Source: Chloroflexota bacterium (GTDB lineage: Bacteria > Chloroflexota > Anaerolineae > Aggregatilineales > Ch27). From it: DNA of 64,000 nucleotides. Positions 1-8,767 of this stretch are shown in pieces. The stretch's first letter is position 1, and each line of letters starts with the position of its first letter. A program made the translations under genes and the position numbers. Location: positions 65,428 through 129,427 of the forward strand of contig JAIOAT010000005.1 of the NCBI GenBank assembly GCA_019873685.1, written 5' to 3'. A model generated the notes under the pieces. That model was given only the letters and a program-made list of their open reading frames with translations, was not told where the DNA came from and did not search any database.

Positions 1-892
1 TGTACGGGACGCTATCCGCAAGGCGCATGATCACCATGTTAATTCGCACGCGTTCTAGGTCAATCTCAATTCCGGGCAAGCGCGCCAGCCCTTCTGCCAG
101 TTGCCGGGCGGTGGCATGATCTTCGTGGATGCGTCCGATCATCTCGCGCATGGCAACCAAACCGGCAGCGGCCAGCACCCCGGCCTGGCGCATCCCGCCT
201 CCCAGCGCCTTGCGCATCCGGCGGGCGCGGGAGATGAACTCCCGGCTACCCACCACCATTGCCCCGACCGGCGCGCAAAGTCCCTTGGAGAGGCAGAATG
301 ATACGCTATCCGCCGCTTCGACCAGTTCGCGCGCCGGGCAGTTCAGTGCCGCTGCCGCGTTGAAAATCCGCGAACCATCGATATGCAGCTTCAGGCCAAA
401 TTCCTCCGCTAGCTTCCCCACCTCAGCGGTATAGGCCGCCGTCAGAGGCATGCCCCCGACCCCGCACTGCGCATTTTCCAGGGCGATCAGGCGTGTTGTG
501 GGCTGGTGGATGTCCTCACTGTCCCGGATCGCGGCCCGGATGTCATCAAGATCGAACGTGCCGTCAGCCTGTACCGGAATGGTGCGCGGCTGGATGCCGC
601 CCAGCGCCGCGATACTGCCAACCTCGTAGAGGAAGGTGTGACACCTGTCGCCCATGATGGCTTCGTCGCCGCGCCCGCAATGGGCCAACAGAGCCACCAG
701 GTTGGCCATCGTCCCGCTCACTACAAACAGGCCTGCTTCTTTCCCCAGCGTCTCGGCGGCAAGCGCCTCCAATTCGTTGACGGTAGGGTCCTCGCCATAG
801 ACGTCATCGCCGACTCTGGCGGTAGCCATTGCCTCCCGCATTGCCGGCGTTGGCCAGCTCACCGTATCGCTGCGCAGGTCAATGCGATCCAT
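1..892 (-). CDS. ltaE: Low-specificity L-threonine aldolase (PLP-dependent); 3' end runs off the window
   Basis: Absent from the ORF track because it is open at the window edge. My own minus-strand translation from ATG (892-890) reads MDRIDLRSDTVSWPTPAMREAMATARVGDDVYGEDPTVNELEALAAE..VVSGTMANLVAL..LIALENAQ..LHIDGSRIFNAAAAL..SFCLSKGLCAPVGAMVVG. This is the threonine aldolase pattern, including the PLP-lysine SKG motif. Confidence 0.85.
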   Translation of the reverse strand, partial: MDRIDLRSDTVSWPTPAMREAMATARVGDDVYGEDPTVNELEALAAETLGKEAGLFVVSGTMANLVALLAHCGRGDEAIMGDRCHTFLYEVGSIAALGGIQPRTIPVQADGTFDLDDIRAAIRDSEDIHQPTTRLIALENAQCGVGGMPLTAAYTAEVGKLAEEFGLKLHIDGSRIFNAAAALNCPARELVEAADSVSFCLSKGLCAPVGAMVVGSREFISRARRMRKALGGGMRQAGVLAAAGLVAMREMIGRIHEDHATARQLAEGLARLPGIEIDLERVRINMVIMRLADSVPY

Positions 893-1046
893 ACGCCTTG
901 TTCTGCCTTCTGTTTATGGAACCCGATCACGAGTCAACGATGGTAGAGCGAAGCCGCACAAAACACAAGGGTAGCCGCCGGGCCATCATCCACTTACAAT
1001 GGTGCATGAAGGGGTAGTCAGTTCCGCCGGAGGCCAATCGCCTGTC

Positions 1047-2183
1047 ATGCCCACCACCGTGACGCTCAAACATATCACGAAGATCTATGGTAATCGGGGT
1101 ACGGCTATGCGCAGCCAGGGAGCAGCAGCCAGCGCCGAGGATTCCCCGCCGCCTCAGGAGGAGGCCATCTACGCCCTGGATGATGTCACCCTGACGGTAC
1201 GCCCCGGGGAGACGCTGGGCATCCTGGGGCCATCGGGCTGTGGCAAGACCACCCTGCTGCGGATTGCCGCCGGTCTGGAGGTTCCCACCTCCGGCCAGGT
1301 GCTCTACGATAACGAAGACCTGCAGTACATCCCGCCGAGCGAACGCGGGATCGGGATGGTCTTCCAGAACTACGCGCTGTATCCGCATCTGCCAAGTATC
1401 GACAACATCGGCTTTTTCCTGCGCCTGCACAAGCGCGAAGCTGAAATTCCGGCCCGCGTGCGCGAGATTTCCGAACTGATGCGGATTGACCTCAAGCCCT
1501 TGCTCAGCCGCAAGCCGCCGACGCTTTCTGGCGGCGAACGCCAGCGGATCGCCATCGCCCGCTGCCTGGCCCGCGACCCGCGTTTGTTCCTCTTTGACGA
1601 ACCATTCTCCAACCTGGACGCCAAGCTCCGCACCAGCGCCAGGGTTGAACTGAAGCGCCTCCTGCAACGCTACCGCGTTACCAGCATCTATGTCACCCAC
1701 GACCAGACGGAAGCCATCGCCCTATGTGACCGCATCGCCGTGCTAAACCGGGGCCAGCTCATGCAGGTCGGCACGTTTGCCCACCTGTACGAAACGCCCA
1801 GAAACGTGTTTGTGGCTGGCTTCCTGGGCAAACCGCCGATGAATCTGTTCGACGGCTATGCGGAAGACGGGATGTGGATTGGCAAGGCGTTCAACTGGGG
1901 GCCAATCCGGCGCGATTTCGCCAACGGCATGCGTATCGTGCTGGGCATCCGCCCGGAACACATCCGGCTGGACAACCAGGAGGGCATCCCGGCCACGGTG
2001 ACACTGGTGGAGCCGCTTTATAGCGACCGCGTCCAGTTGATCCATGTCCAGCTTGGGCCGCACGCGGTCACTATCCGCGCGCCACTGGAGCATCCTGTTG
2101 CCCGTGGTCAGCAGGTCTGGCTCTCGATCCCACCCGAACAGGTTCACCTGTTCGATCAGGTAACCGGCCAGCGCATTGGCTAA
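1047..2183 (+). CDS. ABC transporter ATP-binding protein, MalK/UgpC/MsiK-like (sugar-type), with C-terminal regulatory (TOBE-like) domain
   Basis: ORF 999..2183 has Walker A GPSGCGKTT, signature LSGGERQR, Walker B LFLFDEPFSNLD and H-loop YVTHD. The MalK-like C-terminal part reads GKPPMNLF..LGIRPEHI. I chose the start at the internal ATG (MPTTVTLKHITKIYG); this start is uncertain. Confidence 0.88.
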   Translation: MPTTVTLKHITKIYGNRGTAMRSQGAAASAEDSPPPQEEAIYALDDVTLTVRPGETLGILGPSGCGKTTLLRIAAGLEVPTSGQVLYDNEDLQYIPPSERGIGMVFQNYALYPHLPSIDNIGFFLRLHKREAEIPARVREISELMRIDLKPLLSRKPPTLSGGERQRIAIARCLARDPRLFLFDEPFSNLDAKLRTSARVELKRLLQRYRVTSIYVTHDQTEAIALCDRIAVLNRGQLMQVGTFAHLYETPRNVFVAGFLGKPPMNLFDGYAEDGMWIGKAFNWGPIRRDFANGMRIVLGIRPEHIRLDNQEGIPATVTLVEPLYSDRVQLIHVQLGPHAVTIRAPLEHPVARGQQVWLSIPPEQVHLFDQVTGQRIG

Positions 2184-2800
2184 CGCACCTCAAGCGAGAT
2201 AAAGGGAGTGATGGCCTCCAGCAGAGAAGGCCCAATTCCGCTGACCGCCAGCAAATCGTCCAGGGTGGTGAACAGCCCGTGTTCCTCGCGGTAGGCAATA
2301 ATCCGCCGGGCAAGTTCCGGCCCTACGCGCGGCAGACTCTCCAGTTCGGCCTGACTGGCGGAATTCACATAGACGATGCCACTATCGCTGGGCGTAGCCA
2401 GAACGATCTCAGGCGCGGCATTCGTCTCCTGTAAAGCAAACACATGCACCTGGTCGCCATCACGCAGCAACTGGGCCTGGTTCACCCGCACGCGATCCGC
2501 ATCAGCGGTGAAACCGCCCGCCGCCTCAATCGCATCAATTGCCCGGCTGCCGTATGGTAGGCTGACCATGATCTGGGGACGGGCCACCGCGCCAGTAACA
2601 TAGACTGTGATTGGCCCCGGCGTAGGCGAAGGAAGCGGCGTGGCAGTTGGGCCTGGCGGAATGATGGTGATCGCCACTGGCTCAGGGCGTCTGAACAGAA
2701 AGACTGCGGTGCCGCTGGCAATCGCCAGAATCAGCACCGCAGTGAGCAGACTACGATAGCGTTCCCAGAGCGAGCCATTCCGCGAGCCTGGCAATCCCAC
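2180..2800 (-). CDS. comEA: ComEA-family DNA-binding protein (N-terminal TM, SLBB-like domain, C-terminal helix-hairpin-helix)
   Basis: Has a TM segment LLTAVLILAIASGTAVFLF. The SLBB-like core is ITVYVTGAVARPQIMVSLPYGSRAIDAIEAAGG. The HhH tail is VNSASQAELESLPRVGPELARRIIAYREEHGLFTTLDDLLAVSGIGPSLLE. Confidence 0.8.
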   Translation of the reverse strand: MGLPGSRNGSLWERYRSLLTAVLILAIASGTAVFLFRRPEPVAITIIPPGPTATPLPSPTPGPITVYVTGAVARPQIMVSLPYGSRAIDAIEAAGGFTADADRVRVNQAQLLRDGDQVHVFALQETNAAPEIVLATPSDSGIVYVNSASQAELESLPRVGPELARRIIAYREEHGLFTTLDDLLAVSGIGPSLLEAITPFISLEVR

Positions 2801-2822
2801 TCGCGCCCCTCCTGCTCATCGA

Positions 2823-3089
2823 CTAACGCAGCGCCAGACCGATCAGCAGCGTCGCCGCCATACAGATAGCGCAGCCAACGGCGGCCAACACCAGCACAAC
2901 TGCCCCCGTTGACCAGGCCAGCACGCTGCCTGCCAGAATCTTGGCAATGAGGCCGACGGCCTCCGGGACCTCGGCCTCACTGGCATATTCACTGGGCGCG
3001 CCAACAAACGCCGGCTGGGCATCCTCTTCGATCAGTCGTCCGTCGGCTGCAGCATTCTGAGCGACGTGATCGGGCTTTTCCGGCAGCAT
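2823..3089 (-). CDS. Small hypothetical tail-anchored membrane protein (acidic N-terminus, C-terminal TM pair)
   Basis: 88-aa ORF with a GGGAGGG Shine-Dalgarno-like element 5-11 nt upstream of the ATG. The hydrophobic C-terminus is GSVLAWSTGAVVLVLAAVGCAICMAATLLIGLAL. I recognise no family. Confidence 0.45.
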   Translation of the reverse strand: MLPEKPDHVAQNAAADGRLIEEDAQPAFVGAPSEYASEAEVPEAVGLIAKILAGSVLAWSTGAVVLVLAAVGCAICMAATLLIGLALR

Positions 3090-3124
3090 AGCGCCCTCCC
3101 GCGCCGGAGCACTCCGGCCAGCGA

Positions 3125-3961
3125 CTAATACTTGCGCACCAGCGCCCGGTAGGCGGCGGGCTGGCGCGCCTGCAGAATCTGCAGCTCTTCGCGGTAACGG
3201 CGCACCTCATCCAGATCGATGCGGGCAACCGTGTAGCCTTCAGCAGGTTGCCCCGTCCCGGGATCAACTTCATCCGTCAGCGACGCATAGACCGTTCCCC
3301 GCGGGCCGACAACCATGCTCTCGCCGCCGAAATTGAGCGTCACATCCTCGCCAATGCGGTTGACCCCGGCCACGAACAGCGTATTCTCATAGGCCCGCGC
3401 CCGCAGGTACGTCTTCCATTCATCGATCGCACTGGCTTCCCAGTTCGCCATGACGCACAGCAATTCCGCGCCATCCAGCGCCAGCGCCCGCGCCACTTCC
3501 GGAAAGGCCAGGTCCCAGCCCAGCAGCAGCCCGATCGTGCCAAATTCCGTCTCAAGCACCGGAATCTTGTAGCCCTCGCGGAAGGCCATGCGCTCCTCAC
3601 CGCGCAGGTGAATCTTGTTGTACACGTCAACCAGTTCACCATCGGGCCCGACCAGCACCGCGCTGTTATAGAGCACGCTCTCGACCTTTTCCTTCGTCAC
3701 CATGCCGAAGGCGATGTAGACGCCATGCTCGTTGGCCCGCTGCGACATCAGGTTGATCGTCGGCCCAGGCACACGCTGGGCAATTTCCGTAAAGCGGACG
3801 CCCAGCTCGTAACCGCTGGTCACCAGCTCTGGAAAGACGATCAGATCAACCCGCTGTTGCGAGGCAATCGTCGCAACAAAGTCAGACATCTTGACCAGGT
3901 TTTCTTCAGGCTCCCCCAGTACAGGTTTCATCTGCACCAGGGCGACGGTAATTTCGCGCAT
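3125..3961 (-). CDS. Carbon-nitrogen hydrolase (nitrilase superfamily) homolog; nucleophile position is Gly, not Cys
   Basis: VALVQM..LIVFPEL (Glu45), YNKIHL (Lys116) and the GLLLGWDLAFPE block align to the family's E-K-C triad blocks. Residue 148 (codon GGC, 3520-3518) sits where the Cys is expected. Confidence 0.85.
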   Translation of the reverse strand: MREITVALVQMKPVLGEPEENLVKMSDFVATIASQQRVDLIVFPELVTSGYELGVRFTEIAQRVPGPTINLMSQRANEHGVYIAFGMVTKEKVESVLYNSAVLVGPDGELVDVYNKIHLRGEERMAFREGYKIPVLETEFGTIGLLLGWDLAFPEVARALALDGAELLCVMANWEASAIDEWKTYLRARAYENTLFVAGVNRIGEDVTLNFGGESMVVGPRGTVYASLTDEVDPGTGQPAEGYTVARIDLDEVRRYREELQILQARQPAAYRALVRKY

Positions 3962-4070
3962 CAGAACTCCTCAACAGTCAATGCAACGCATGGATACCCA
4001 GATTACAGGAGAAAACAGCCGCCCTACTGTATACGCTCCCCCCTGAATGTGCAAGCCCGGCGGCGCTGGC

Positions 4071-5276
4071 TCAACGCTGGTCAAGATAGGCGTCAACCTG
4101 GATGGCCTGAGCCAGAACCACCGCAGCCTTCTGGGCGGGCGTCGTGGCCTCTTCAGGGCGCATGAGCCGCGGTACACGCTCTTGTTTCCTGATTTCCGGC
4201 GTTGGCTCCAGCGCTTCACCCTCAGTCTGCTCAATGTAGCCGATCGTCAGGTAGGCATCTTCAGGCCTAAGGTTGCGTTCCTTGCCAGGCTCCTGATGTG
4301 GCTCATGGAGGAGCAGATGCAGCCAGGCTTCATGCATCACGCGATCCGGCTGCCCATCCCGCCCGCGCTGTCGATTGCGGGCGATCTGCGTCACGACAAC
4401 CGCCCGGATTTCATCGAAGTCGTACACGTCCAGAACATCGCTGGTCAGGTCCAGATGCCGCCTGACCTCGCGTTCCCGCCGGTCGACTACCACAACCTCG
4501 GTGCGCATCAGGTGCAGGATATACCGCAACACATCAACAATCAGGGCAACGCCTACAACCAGCCCCAGGTAAGGCAGGAAGGCGGGCTGCACCGGCGCGT
4601 AGGGGCTTTGCAGCGTCAACACCCCCAGCGCAATGAACACAATGCCCAGCGCAAGACGGAAAATGATGCGGGCAAAAGTACCCACAGACCAGACTGCTGT
4701 ATGTTCCCATTGCAGCCCGATATCGATTGGCCGCAGACGCCACTCTCCAACCTCAAGCGGCAGCTCAATAGCCTGTACTGGCCGCTGCACAGGCTGGATC
4801 AACGCGGCGGACGCCGTCTCAGGCGCTGGCGTAGCCTGGGCAGCCGGGGCGGTAACCATAGCCGGCGAAACTGATGGGGTCACAAAGCGAAAAGCTACTC
4901 CCATCGTCTCTGCCAGTTGCTGGCCGACCCGGCGAACTTCCTCACCTTTCACCTGGCCGGACTCATCCTGCCAGCGTGCCAGCAGACACCACCGCCCCCC
5001 GCGTGGCTCGGCCACCACCGGAGCCAGCAAAAGCCCCAGATGCCAGGCCCGATCTCCGGGCGACCAGCCGGCCACCACTTCCTGAATGTGTTCGACAGGA
5101 AGCTCACCTTCTACAGGAAGCTGTCGTACGCGGGCAAACTCCGGGCGATATTTGACAGCAGTGCTGCCAGCCACCGCATTGAAGAGCGTCAGGCCATCAG
5201 CCCGTGATACCGCAAGCTGCCATTCTCCCTGGCCGACATGAATGGCCAGACCATCCGCTACAATGAACGTATCCAT
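4071..5276 (-). CDS. Hypothetical membrane protein (soluble N-domain, Pro/Ala linker, 2-3 central TM segments, charged C-domain)
   Basis: Long ORF 4071..5282 in the coding frame. The track start is TTG, so I used the ATG two codons in (MDTFIVADG). TM stretches are FARIIFRLALGIVFIALGVLTL and FLPYLGLVVGVALIVDVL. I recognise no family. Confidence 0.6.
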   Translation of the reverse strand: MDTFIVADGLAIHVGQGEWQLAVSRADGLTLFNAVAGSTAVKYRPEFARVRQLPVEGELPVEHIQEVVAGWSPGDRAWHLGLLLAPVVAEPRGGRWCLLARWQDESGQVKGEEVRRVGQQLAETMGVAFRFVTPSVSPAMVTAPAAQATPAPETASAALIQPVQRPVQAIELPLEVGEWRLRPIDIGLQWEHTAVWSVGTFARIIFRLALGIVFIALGVLTLQSPYAPVQPAFLPYLGLVVGVALIVDVLRYILHLMRTEVVVVDRREREVRRHLDLTSDVLDVYDFDEIRAVVVTQIARNRQRGRDGQPDRVMHEAWLHLLLHEPHQEPGKERNLRPEDAYLTIGYIEQTEGEALEPTPEIRKQERVPRLMRPEEATTPAQKAAVVLAQAIQVDAYLDQR

Positions 5277-5624
5277 CGTCAAGAGTTACTCAAAGGTGGG
5301 CGGCGCAACCAAGCGAGCCATAGTCTACCGCGCCGGGGGCGCGACGCCAATGATTGTGCAACTGCGTAGTCAGGTTGGCTGGCAGCCCTGTGGCTGCAGA
5401 CGATTCCGCCGTTTGCGCCGCGCAGCAAGGGCGACGCTTAGCCGGGAGATAGCACGCTGCGCCCACACCGCGCATGGTCCAGGCTAGCCATGCGCTTTCG
5501 AGTGAATGACCCGGTCCCGGCCAACCGGGATCGTCCGATCTGATTCGTAGCTGATCGAAGTGAAGCGCCACGTTCCTCACTCGGACATAGCCTGCCCCAG
5601 ACCGGACGATCCTTCCCAATCCTA

Positions 5625-6638
5625 CTAACAAGGACTGAGCGTGACCTCGCGTCCCTGCTCGGCTGAAGCAGCAGCCGCCAGCGCCAGTTGCAGCGTCAGC
5701 GCGCCTTCGCGGATGGGAATCCGCGCCGGACGGTTCTGGGCAATGGCCGACACAAAGTCAGCGGCGACAGCGGCCCACGGATCGTGGCTATCGTCGCCAA
5801 AGGTCTCGATGCGAGGTGGTGTCTCCGCGGTATAGGCGATTGTGGCGTGATTAGCATCAGTGAAGTCAGCCGTCAGATGCCGCGCCACCAGATGGTACTG
5901 ATTAATCCACTTGCCCGGAATGGCGCCGTTGGTGGCTGCAATCACGCCCAGCGCCCCGCTCTCGAAGCTTACCAGCACTCCGCTCACGTCTTCAACAGTA
6001 TAGTCGGGCACATCCCGGTGGAAGAGATTGGCCTGCCGCCCGACAACCGAGACCGGCTGCCCCAGGAAGTAGCGCAACAGATCGATCATGTGGATCACCT
6101 GCTCGACTAGCTGGCCACCGCTCTTGTCTTTTTGCCGCCACCAGGGCGCATGCAGGCTGTTGCAGAAATAACGCGCCAGCATCAGACCGGGCGCCCCACC
6201 CTCGCCGGACGCAATCCGGGCAGCGACGCGCTCCACCGCCGCCCCGAAGCGAAACTGGAAGTCAACCTGCGCGACGATTCCGGCTCGTTCAGCAGCTTCG
6301 ACCATCCGCCAGGCGGTATCCATATCCAGTGCAATGGGCTTCTCAATGAAGACGTGAATACCGCGCCGCGCTGCCTCCTGCACCTCGTTGGCATGCGCGT
6401 ACGGCGGCAAAGCAATGTACACCGCATCAGGTCGAGCTTTGTCCAGCATGGTGACATAATCGTCGTATACAACCGCCGCCCCACCGGATGCCTCCTGCGC
6501 CAGCGCCTCCGCATTACCCCGCTCCTGATCGCAGCAGGCCACCAGACGAACGCCGGGCTGTACGACCAGATTCGGCACCTGGCGCTTGCGAGCGAAACCT
6601 CCACAGCCCAGAACCGCAAGCCTGATTTCACCAGCCAT
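5625..6638 (-). CDS. Gfo/Idh/MocA family NAD(P)-dependent oxidoreductase
   Basis: N-terminal Rossmann motif IRLAVLGCGGFARKRQVPNL, EKP motif HVFIEKPIA, and a typical family length of 337 aa. Confidence 0.9.
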   Translation of the reverse strand: MAGEIRLAVLGCGGFARKRQVPNLVVQPGVRLVACCDQERGNAEALAQEASGGAAVVYDDYVTMLDKARPDAVYIALPPYAHANEVQEAARRGIHVFIEKPIALDMDTAWRMVEAAERAGIVAQVDFQFRFGAAVERVAARIASGEGGAPGLMLARYFCNSLHAPWWRQKDKSGGQLVEQVIHMIDLLRYFLGQPVSVVGRQANLFHRDVPDYTVEDVSGVLVSFESGALGVIAATNGAIPGKWINQYHLVARHLTADFTDANHATIAYTAETPPRIETFGDDSHDPWAAVAADFVSAIAQNRPARIPIREGALTLQLALAAAASAEQGREVTLSPC

Positions 6639-6711
6639 GATCTCCCCCTATCCTGGCCCATCGGCCAGTGTGGTGTGCTCAGGTGTACGCCTGTGACTGC
6701 AGAAGCGAGAG

Positions 6712-7869
6712 TTATCCCAGCCCATCTTGCCCCAGAGGAGCCTCAAGCTGTCCCATGGGCTTGAGGTTGATCCCGTGGCCCCACAGCTTGCGCACCGTTT
6801 CCAGGTAGAACACGTAATTCTCCAGCGGCACATCCGGCGGAACTCGATGATCGCAGAAGCCAATGTAGCCGCCTTCCTCGACCAGTGGCGTCAGACGACG
6901 GACCTCGGCTTCAATGGCCTCCTTGGAACCGGCCAGGATCCGCTTGTCAAAACCGCCCAGCATCAGCAGATCCTTGCCGTACTTCTTTCGGTAAGCCATC
7001 GGGTCTGCGCCCCAGGTGCCTACTTCCACCGGGAACATACAGTTGATCCCGGCGTCAAGCCACAGCGGGATAAGTTCATCGATCTTGCCGTCGCAGTCCA
7101 CCCACAGCACATCCACGCCGTGTGAACGCGCCAGATCGCTGATACGCCGGTAATGGGGAACCAGGTAGCGTTTGAAGTGCTGCGGGCTGAGCAAGGGGCC
7201 AGCTCGATAGCACATATCTTCCCACATCGCCACGGCGTCAAAGTGTCCCCCGGTGTCCAGCACGCGGGTCAGCACACCAATGACGCAGTCCGCAATGGTG
7301 GTCACCATCTCCTCAAAGAGGGCAGGATCGTCATACACCAGCAGCGAAACGGCCTCCAGACCCATCCAATCCCGAATCCAGCCATACAGGCTGCCAGCTG
7401 GCAGGACAACGACGTTGCCGCGTTTTGGATTCCGCCAGTTGCGTACCCGGCTATCCCAGTCCGCCGGATAGCGTCGGGGTGTGGTGGGGTCTAGACGAGG
7501 CTTGTAGTGCTTTTCCCAGCTTTCCCGGTCAACCAGCAGATGCCCCTGGTGCTGAGGAATGGTCCCCATGAACTTCTTGCGGAGCACACGGACACCGTCA
7601 ATCTGCTGGACAATCTCGTAATCGCCACGGTCCTCAAGCACCACCTCATCAAACAGTGGCTCCAGGCCGACATTGACCCCTGCGCCGATCCAGTCCAAGC
7701 CAAAGTCCATCCCGAAGAACATATCACTGTTGCATGGATTCACATTTCGCGGCAAGCCCTGGTCATACCAGAGCGTGATCGTTTCCTTCCAGAAGCCAAA
7801 GTCACAAATCGGCGAGCGATCCCGAGGCTGGTAATGCATCGTGGCATTGAACCGTTCACGGTCGTTCAT
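6712..7869 (-). CDS. Uroporphyrinogen decarboxylase (URO-D) family protein (MtaA/CmuA-like fold, function unknown)
   Basis: The 385-aa ORF starts MNDRERFNATMHYQPRDRSPI, a common opening for this family. It also has the LWVDCDG and GGYIGFCDHRVPPDVPLENY C-terminal blocks typical of URO-D-like TIM barrels. Confidence 0.75.
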   Translation of the reverse strand: MNDRERFNATMHYQPRDRSPICDFGFWKETITLWYDQGLPRNVNPCNSDMFFGMDFGLDWIGAGVNVGLEPLFDEVVLEDRGDYEIVQQIDGVRVLRKKFMGTIPQHQGHLLVDRESWEKHYKPRLDPTTPRRYPADWDSRVRNWRNPKRGNVVVLPAGSLYGWIRDWMGLEAVSLLVYDDPALFEEMVTTIADCVIGVLTRVLDTGGHFDAVAMWEDMCYRAGPLLSPQHFKRYLVPHYRRISDLARSHGVDVLWVDCDGKIDELIPLWLDAGINCMFPVEVGTWGADPMAYRKKYGKDLLMLGGFDKRILAGSKEAIEAEVRRLTPLVEEGGYIGFCDHRVPPDVPLENYVFYLETVRKLWGHGINLKPMGQLEAPLGQDGLG

Positions 7870-7899
7870 GACTCCTCCGATCGATTGGCCACCAGGCCA

Positions 7900-8421
7900 T
7901 TAGTCGCCATAGTCGAACAGCATCTTGATACTCTCTTCGGGATGTTGATCAATGAGCTGATAAGCTTCCACCGCCTGCTCCTAGTGAAAACGACGACCGA
8001 CTATTGGGTCTGTGACGATCCGCCTGATTTCCAGCAAGCGGATGCAGGTTTGTTCGATTCGCGCCAGGTCCCACAGCGGGTAGTGCCGGTGCGGCATCCC
8101 CCAGATCGGCATGGTGGAGATCAGCCTTGGCCGGTTGTGGTGCCATTCCGCCCCAGGCTAAACGTTTACCTCTCTCAATGCGCCAGCAGTTACCTCACAC
8201 ACAAACTGCCGCTGAGATAGCACAAAGACACGATTACCCAGGCTAGGGAAATGCCAGGCAGTTAACGTAGTGCGATAAGTTGGCAGGAACACAACCTGAC
8301 AAATACCCGGAGAACCGTCACCGCACAGATTGTAGTCCAGCAGAATCATGCTCGACGGCTTGGAGACTTCGCCTCCCCTCAGAAAGGTACTGGCAGGGAA
8401 CAACCCTCTGACAAAAACCAT
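7900..8421 (-). pseudogene. Decayed zinc-type alcohol/sugar dehydrogenase (C-terminal half only) with two in-frame TAG stops
   Basis: One continuous minus-strand frame reads ..EVNV*PGAEWHHNRPRLISTMPIWG..PLWDLARIEQTCIRLLEIRRIVTDPIVGRRFH*EQAVEAYQLIDQHPEESIKMLFDYGD*. The tail matches the usual ..HRFPxEQAxEAYxLxDxxPEExxKxxxxY ending of MDR dehydrogenases. In-frame stops lie at 8160-8158 and 7983-7981. No N-terminal catalytic domain remains. Confidence 0.65.
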
Positions 8422-8767
8422 AGCACGTCAGGGCTACCCCCATCAGTCATGCTTTTCCATCAAGCCACGCGAAGTATAGCGCTTCTCTGTTCGCCCTATC
8501 TGAACCTTGCAGGGTACAGCACTTGCGCACATTGTGCAAACCGCACATACTTATCTCCAGGCTTGAGTGCGGATTTCAGGTCAACCGGGCATACGCTCCG
8601 GCCATCCAGAGACATTCTGCACAGGCTACAACATCCTCCCTGCAACACGGCCTTTATCTCATCATGCCTGCCTGTGTTACCCGCCCTCACCGGCGTCGCG
8701 TTCGCTACATTGCCAGCGCCCCCCCGCCTGGCACTGATCACAGTAGAAAGGCAAAGGAATCGAGAGC

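Noticed and set aside
5290-5631. A 113-aa minus-strand ORF filling the GC-rich gap.
   Set aside because: It has no RBS. The translation (..RSGAGYVRVRNVALHFDQLRIRSDDPGWPGPG..) has no recognisable fold or motif, and it overlaps the stop of the upstream gene.
7981-8160. Possibility that the two in-frame TAG codons are read as pyrrolysine, because the neighbouring gene is a URO-D/MtaA-like family member.
   Set aside because: The interrupted frame resembles the C-terminus of a zinc-type dehydrogenase, not a methylamine methyltransferase. The N-terminal half of the gene is missing, and no pyl genes or PYLIS-like context are visible. Ordinary pseudogenisation explains it.
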